DNA of 64,000 bases. Source: Squalus acanthias (Eukaryota). Both the position numbers and the translations under genes were made by a program. Shown here one piece after another: positions 59,720 through 64,000 of the stretch. Position 1 is the first letter of the stretch, and every line of letters begins with the position of its first letter. The DNA lies in NCBI GenBank assembly GCA_030390025.1, contig JASTWF010000034.1:4774001-4838000 (forward strand). Reading direction: 5' to 3'. The notes beneath the pieces are model-generated. The model made no database searches and was not told where the DNA came from. It saw only the letters and a program-made list of their open reading frames with translations.

Positions 59720-60049
59720 TTATGATCTAAAATTGTTGAACTCGATATTGAGTCCAGAGGGCTGTAGCGTGCCGAAACGAAAGATGAGGTGCTGTTCCTC
59801 GAGCTTACGCTGCGCTTCCGTGGAACAGTGTAATAGGCCGAGGACGGTGAGGTCAGAGTGGGAGTGAAGCGGTGAATTAAAGTGACAGGCCACCGGGAGC
59901 TCGGGGTCCCCCTTACGGACTGAACGGAGGTGTTCCGCAAAGCGGTCACCCAATCTGCGTTTGGTCTTCCCAATGTAGAGGAGACCACATCGTGAGCAGC
60001 GAATACAGTATACTAAATTGCAGGATGTCCAAGTAAATCGCTGTTTCAC
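59720..60049 (-). CDS. GIY-YIG endonuclease fragment (Penelope family 2)
   Basis: NLVYCIRCSRCGLLYIGKTKRRLGDRFAEH...HF...H...E...QPSGLN. Confidence 0.88.
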   Translation of the reverse strand: MKQRFTWTSCNLVYCIRCSRCGLLYIGKTKRRLGDRFAEHLRSVRKGDPELPVACHFNSPLHSHSDLTVLGLLHCSTEAQRKLEEQHLIFRFGTLQPSGLNIEFNNFRS

Positions 60050-60403
60050 CTGGAAGGGGTGTTTGGGGCCCTGGACAGTGGGAAGAGGGGAGGTGTAAGG
60101 GCATGTGTAGCATCTCCTGCGCGTGCACGGGAAGGTGCCGGGCGAAGGGGAAGGGGTGCTGGGGGTGGTAGAGGAGTGGACTAGGGTGTCGCGGAGGGAG
60201 CGGTCCCTGCGGAATGCTGAAAGGGGAGGTGAGGGGAAGATGTGTTTGGTGGTGGGATCACGCTGGAGGTGGCGGAAATGGCGGAGGATGATCCGTTGAA
60301 TGTGGAGGCTGGTGGGGTGAAAGGTGAGGACAAGGGGAACCCTATCGTGGTTCTGGGAGGGAGGGGCAGGGGTGAGGGCAGAAGTGCGGGAGATAGAACG
60401 GTT

Positions 60404-62935
60404 AATTTAACAATTAACTGTGTCAGTTTTACCCTGTGTATTGGTTATCATATCCAATTTAACAATTAACTGTGTCAGTTTTACCCTGTGTATTGGTTAT
60501 CATACCCAATTTAACAATTAACTGTGACAGTTTTACCCTGTGTATTGGTTATCATATCCAATTTAACAATTAACTGTGTCAGTTTTACCCTGTGTATTGG
60601 TTATCAAATCCAATTTAACAATTAACTGTGTCAGTTTTACCCTGTGTATTGGTTATCATACCCAATTTAACAATTAACTGTGACAGTTTTACCTTGTGTA
60701 TTGGTTATCATACCCAATTTAACAATTAACTGTGTCAGTTTTACCCTGTGTATTGGTTATCATACCCAATATAACAATTAACTGTGACAGTTTTATCCTG
60801 TGTATTGGTTATCATACCCAATTTAACAATTAACTGTGACAGTTTTACCCTGTGTATTGGTTATCATACCCAATTTAACAATTAACTGTGACAGTTTTAC
60901 ACTGTGTATTGGTTATCATACCCAAATTAACAATTAACTGTGACAGTTTTACCCTGTGTATTGGTTATCATACCTAATTTAACAATTAACTGACAGTTTT
61001 ACCCTGTGTATTGGTTATCATACCCAATTTAACAATTAACTGTGTCAGTTTTACCCTGTGTATTGGTTATCATACCCAATTTAACAATTAACTGTGACAG
61101 TTTTACCCTGTGTATTGGTTATCATACCCAATTTAACAATTAACTGTGACAGTTTTACTCTGTGTATTGGTTATCATACCCAATTTAACAATTAACTGAC
61201 AGTTTAACCCTGTGTATTGGCTATCATACCCAATTTATCAATTAACTGTGACAGTTTTACCCTGTGTATTGGTTATCATACCCAATTTAACAATTAACTG
61301 TGACAGTTTTACCCTGTGTATTGGTTATCAGCCCCAATTTAACAATTAACGGTGACAGTTTTACCCTGTGTATTGGTTATTATACCCAATTTAACAATTA
61401 ACTGTAACAGCTTCACCCGGTGTATTGGTTATCATACCCAATTTAACAATTAACTGACAGTTTTACACTGTATTGGTTATCGTACACAATTTAACAATTA
61501 ACTGTAACAGTTTCACCCTGTGTATTGGTTATCATACCCAATTTAACAATTAACTGTGTCAGTTTTACCCTGTGTATTGGTTATCATACCCAATTTAACA
61601 ATTAACTGTCAGTTTTACTGTGTATTGGTTATCATACCCAATTTAACAATTAACTGTGACAGTTTTACTCTCTGTATAGGTTATCATACCCAATTTAACA
61701 ATTAACTGTGACAGTTTTACCCTGTGTATTGGTTATCATACCCAATTTAACAATTAACTGTAACAGTTTCACCCGGTGTATTGGTTATCATACCCAATTT
61801 AACAATTAACTGTGACAGTTTTACACTGTATTGGTTATCGTACCCAATTTAACAATTAACTGTGACAGTTTTACCCTGTGTATTGGTTATCATATCCAAT
61901 TTAACAATTAACTGTGACAGTTTTACCCGTTGTATTGGTTATCTTACCCAATTTAACAATTAACTGTCAGTTTTACCCTGTGTATTGGTTATCATATCCA
62001 ATTTAACAATTAACTGTGTCAGTTTTACCGTGTATTGGTTATCATACCCAATTTAACAATTAACTGTGACAGTTTTACCCTGTGTATTGGTTATCATATC
62101 CAATTTAACAATTAACTGTGACAGTTTTACCCGTTGTATTGGTTATCATACCCAATTTAACAATTAACTGTCAGTTTTACCCTGTGTATTGGTTATCATA
62201 TCCAATTTAACAATTAACTGTGTCAGTTTTACCGTGTATTGGTTATCATACCCAATTTAACAATTAACTGTGACAGTTTTACCCTGTGTATTGGTTATCA
62301 TCCCCAATTTAACAATTAACTGTGACAGTTTTACCCTGTGTATTGGTTATCATCCCCAATTTAACAATTAACTGTGACAGTTTTACCCTGTGTATTGGTT
62401 ATCATACACAATTTTACAATTAAATGTGACAGTTTTACCCTGTGTATTGGTTATCATACCCAATTTAACAATTAACTGTCAGTTTTACTGTGTATTGGTT
62501 ATCGTACCCAATTTAACAATTAACTGTGACAGTTTTACCCTGTGTATTGGTTATCATACCCAATTTAACAATTAACTGTCAGTTTTACACTGTGTATTGG
62601 TTATCATACCCAATTTAACAATTAACTGTGACAGTTTTACCCTGTGTATTGGTTATCATACCCAATTTAACAATTAACTGTCAGTTTTACACTGTGTATT
62701 GGTTATCATACCCAATTTAACAATTAACTGTGACAGTTTTACCCTGTGTATTGGTTATCATACCCAATTTAACAATTAACTGACAGTTTTACCCTGTGTA
62801 TTGGTTATCATGCCCAATTTAACAATTAACTGTGACAGTTTTACTCTGTGTATTGGTTATCTTACCCAATTTAACAATTAACTGACAGTTTTGCCCTGTG
62901 TATTGGTTATCATACCCAATTTAACAATTAACTAA
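60404..62935. repeat. 52-bp AT-rich satellite, about 49 units
   Basis: CCAATTTAACAATTAACTGTGACAGTTTTACCCTGTGTATTGGTTATCATAC; period 52 (60421 to 60473); degenerate units at 59230-59303 and about 63105-63155. Confidence 0.95.
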
Positions 62936-63174
62936 CTTTATGCACTTGTGTATTATTTTTCAAGTCAAATTTAAATAACTGTAGCTGTTGTTTCCCCTCT
63001 ATGCTTACTATGTCAATTTTTACAAATAATTGCAACGTTCTGAATAAAATAATAAGTAAGATTTGGAGTAGGTCCTGCGCTACAATCTTTTTATTAGTTT
63101 TCATGTCCAATTTATCAATCAACAGTGCCTTTGTTCCTCGGTGTATTGGTTACCACTTCCATTTTAAAACCACC

Positions 63175-64000
63175 TCAACAACAACAACAACTTGTATTTA
63201 TACAGCGCCTTTAACGTAGTAAAACGTCGCAAGGCGCTGCTCAGGTGTTGAAGACACAAAAATGGCTCCGTTCCACATCAGGATAAATTCGGACAGGTGA
63301 ATAAAAGCTTGGTCAAAGAGGTAGGTTTTAATGAGCGTCTTCAAGGAGGAAAGAGAGGTAGCGAGGCGGAGAGGTTTAGGCTGGGAATTCCAGAGCTTAG
63401 GGCCGAGGCAACAGAAGGCACGGCCACCAAATGTTGAGCGATTATAATCAGGGATGCTCAAGAGGGCAGAATTAGAGGAGCGCAGATATCTCGGGGGGTT
63501 GTGGGGCTGAAGGAGATTAGAGATAGGCAGGGGCGAGGCCATGGAGGGATTTGAAAACAAGGATGAGAATTTTGAAATCGAGGTGCTGCTTAACCGGGAG
63601 CCAGTGTAGGTCAGCGAGCACAGGGGAGATGGGTGAACGGGACTTGGTGCGAGTTAGGACACGGGCAGCCGAGTTTTGGATGGCCTCAAGTTTTCATTGG
63701 GTGGAATGTGGGAGGCCAGCCAGGAGTGCGTTGGAATAGTCAAGTCTAGAAGTAACAAAGGCATGGATGAGGATTTCAGCAGCGGATGAGAGGAGGCAAG
63801 GGCGGAGACGGGCGATGTTACGGAGGTGGAAGTAGGCGGCCTTTGTTATGCTGCGGATATGTGGTCGGAGGCTCACTTCAGGGTCAAATATGACACCAAT
63901 GTTGTGAACTGTGTGGTTCAGCCTCAGACAGATGTTAGGGAGAGGGATGGAGTCAGTGGCTAGAGAAAGGTGTTGGTGGCGGGGACCCAAAACAATGGCT
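63175..64000 (-). mobile_element. L2-type LINE 3' portion, running off the window
   Basis: AYFHLRNIARLRP and LIHAFVTSRLDYSNALLAGLP; (TTG)n tail. Confidence 0.9.

Larger units (their letters stand above)
59310..60395 (-). mobile_element. 5'-truncated Penelope-like element (family 2) with GIY-YIG and pLTR
   Basis: GIY-YIG ORF at 59720-60049; pLTR 59310-59720 containing a hammerhead motif. Confidence 0.92.

Noticed and set aside
59467..59988. 173-aa minus-strand ORF
   Set aside because: Alternative frame over the Penelope GIY-YIG and pLTR; low-complexity, no domain.
60404..62935. CRISPR-like regular repeat array
   Set aside because: Head-to-tail units with no unique spacers, no cas genes, vertebrate context. 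The same applies to the 67-, 51- and 33-bp arrays.

Overview
Repeat-saturated vertebrate genomic DNA. The repeat families (CR1 LINEs, an HE1-type V-SINE, a Deu-domain SINE, Penelope-like elements) and the receptor type point to a cartilaginous fish; this is an inference. The only well-supported host gene is an intact two-exon class A GPCR of the GPR139/GPR142-like type on the minus strand: exon 1 52723-52459, a 21.9-kb intron, exon 2 30582-29681, about 388 aa. Its N-terminus is built from a 42-bp repeat that carries four strong-Kozak in-frame ATGs and N-glycosylation sequons, and its exon-1 splice donor is triplicated. Isolated plus-strand splice-site-flanked segments (943-1010, 17850-17911) may be the last exons of a second, convergent gene with a death-fold-like C-terminus. 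Most of the rest is nested CR1/L2-group LINEs, SINEs, a hairpin-rich TIR element in two copies, and many local satellites. There are also two Penelope-like (GIY-YIG) families whose pseudo-LTRs carry minimal type I hammerhead ribozyme motifs, including an insertion with apparently perfect 454-bp inverted arms inside the GPCR intron. All alignments were done by eye; most mobile-element boundaries are approximate.
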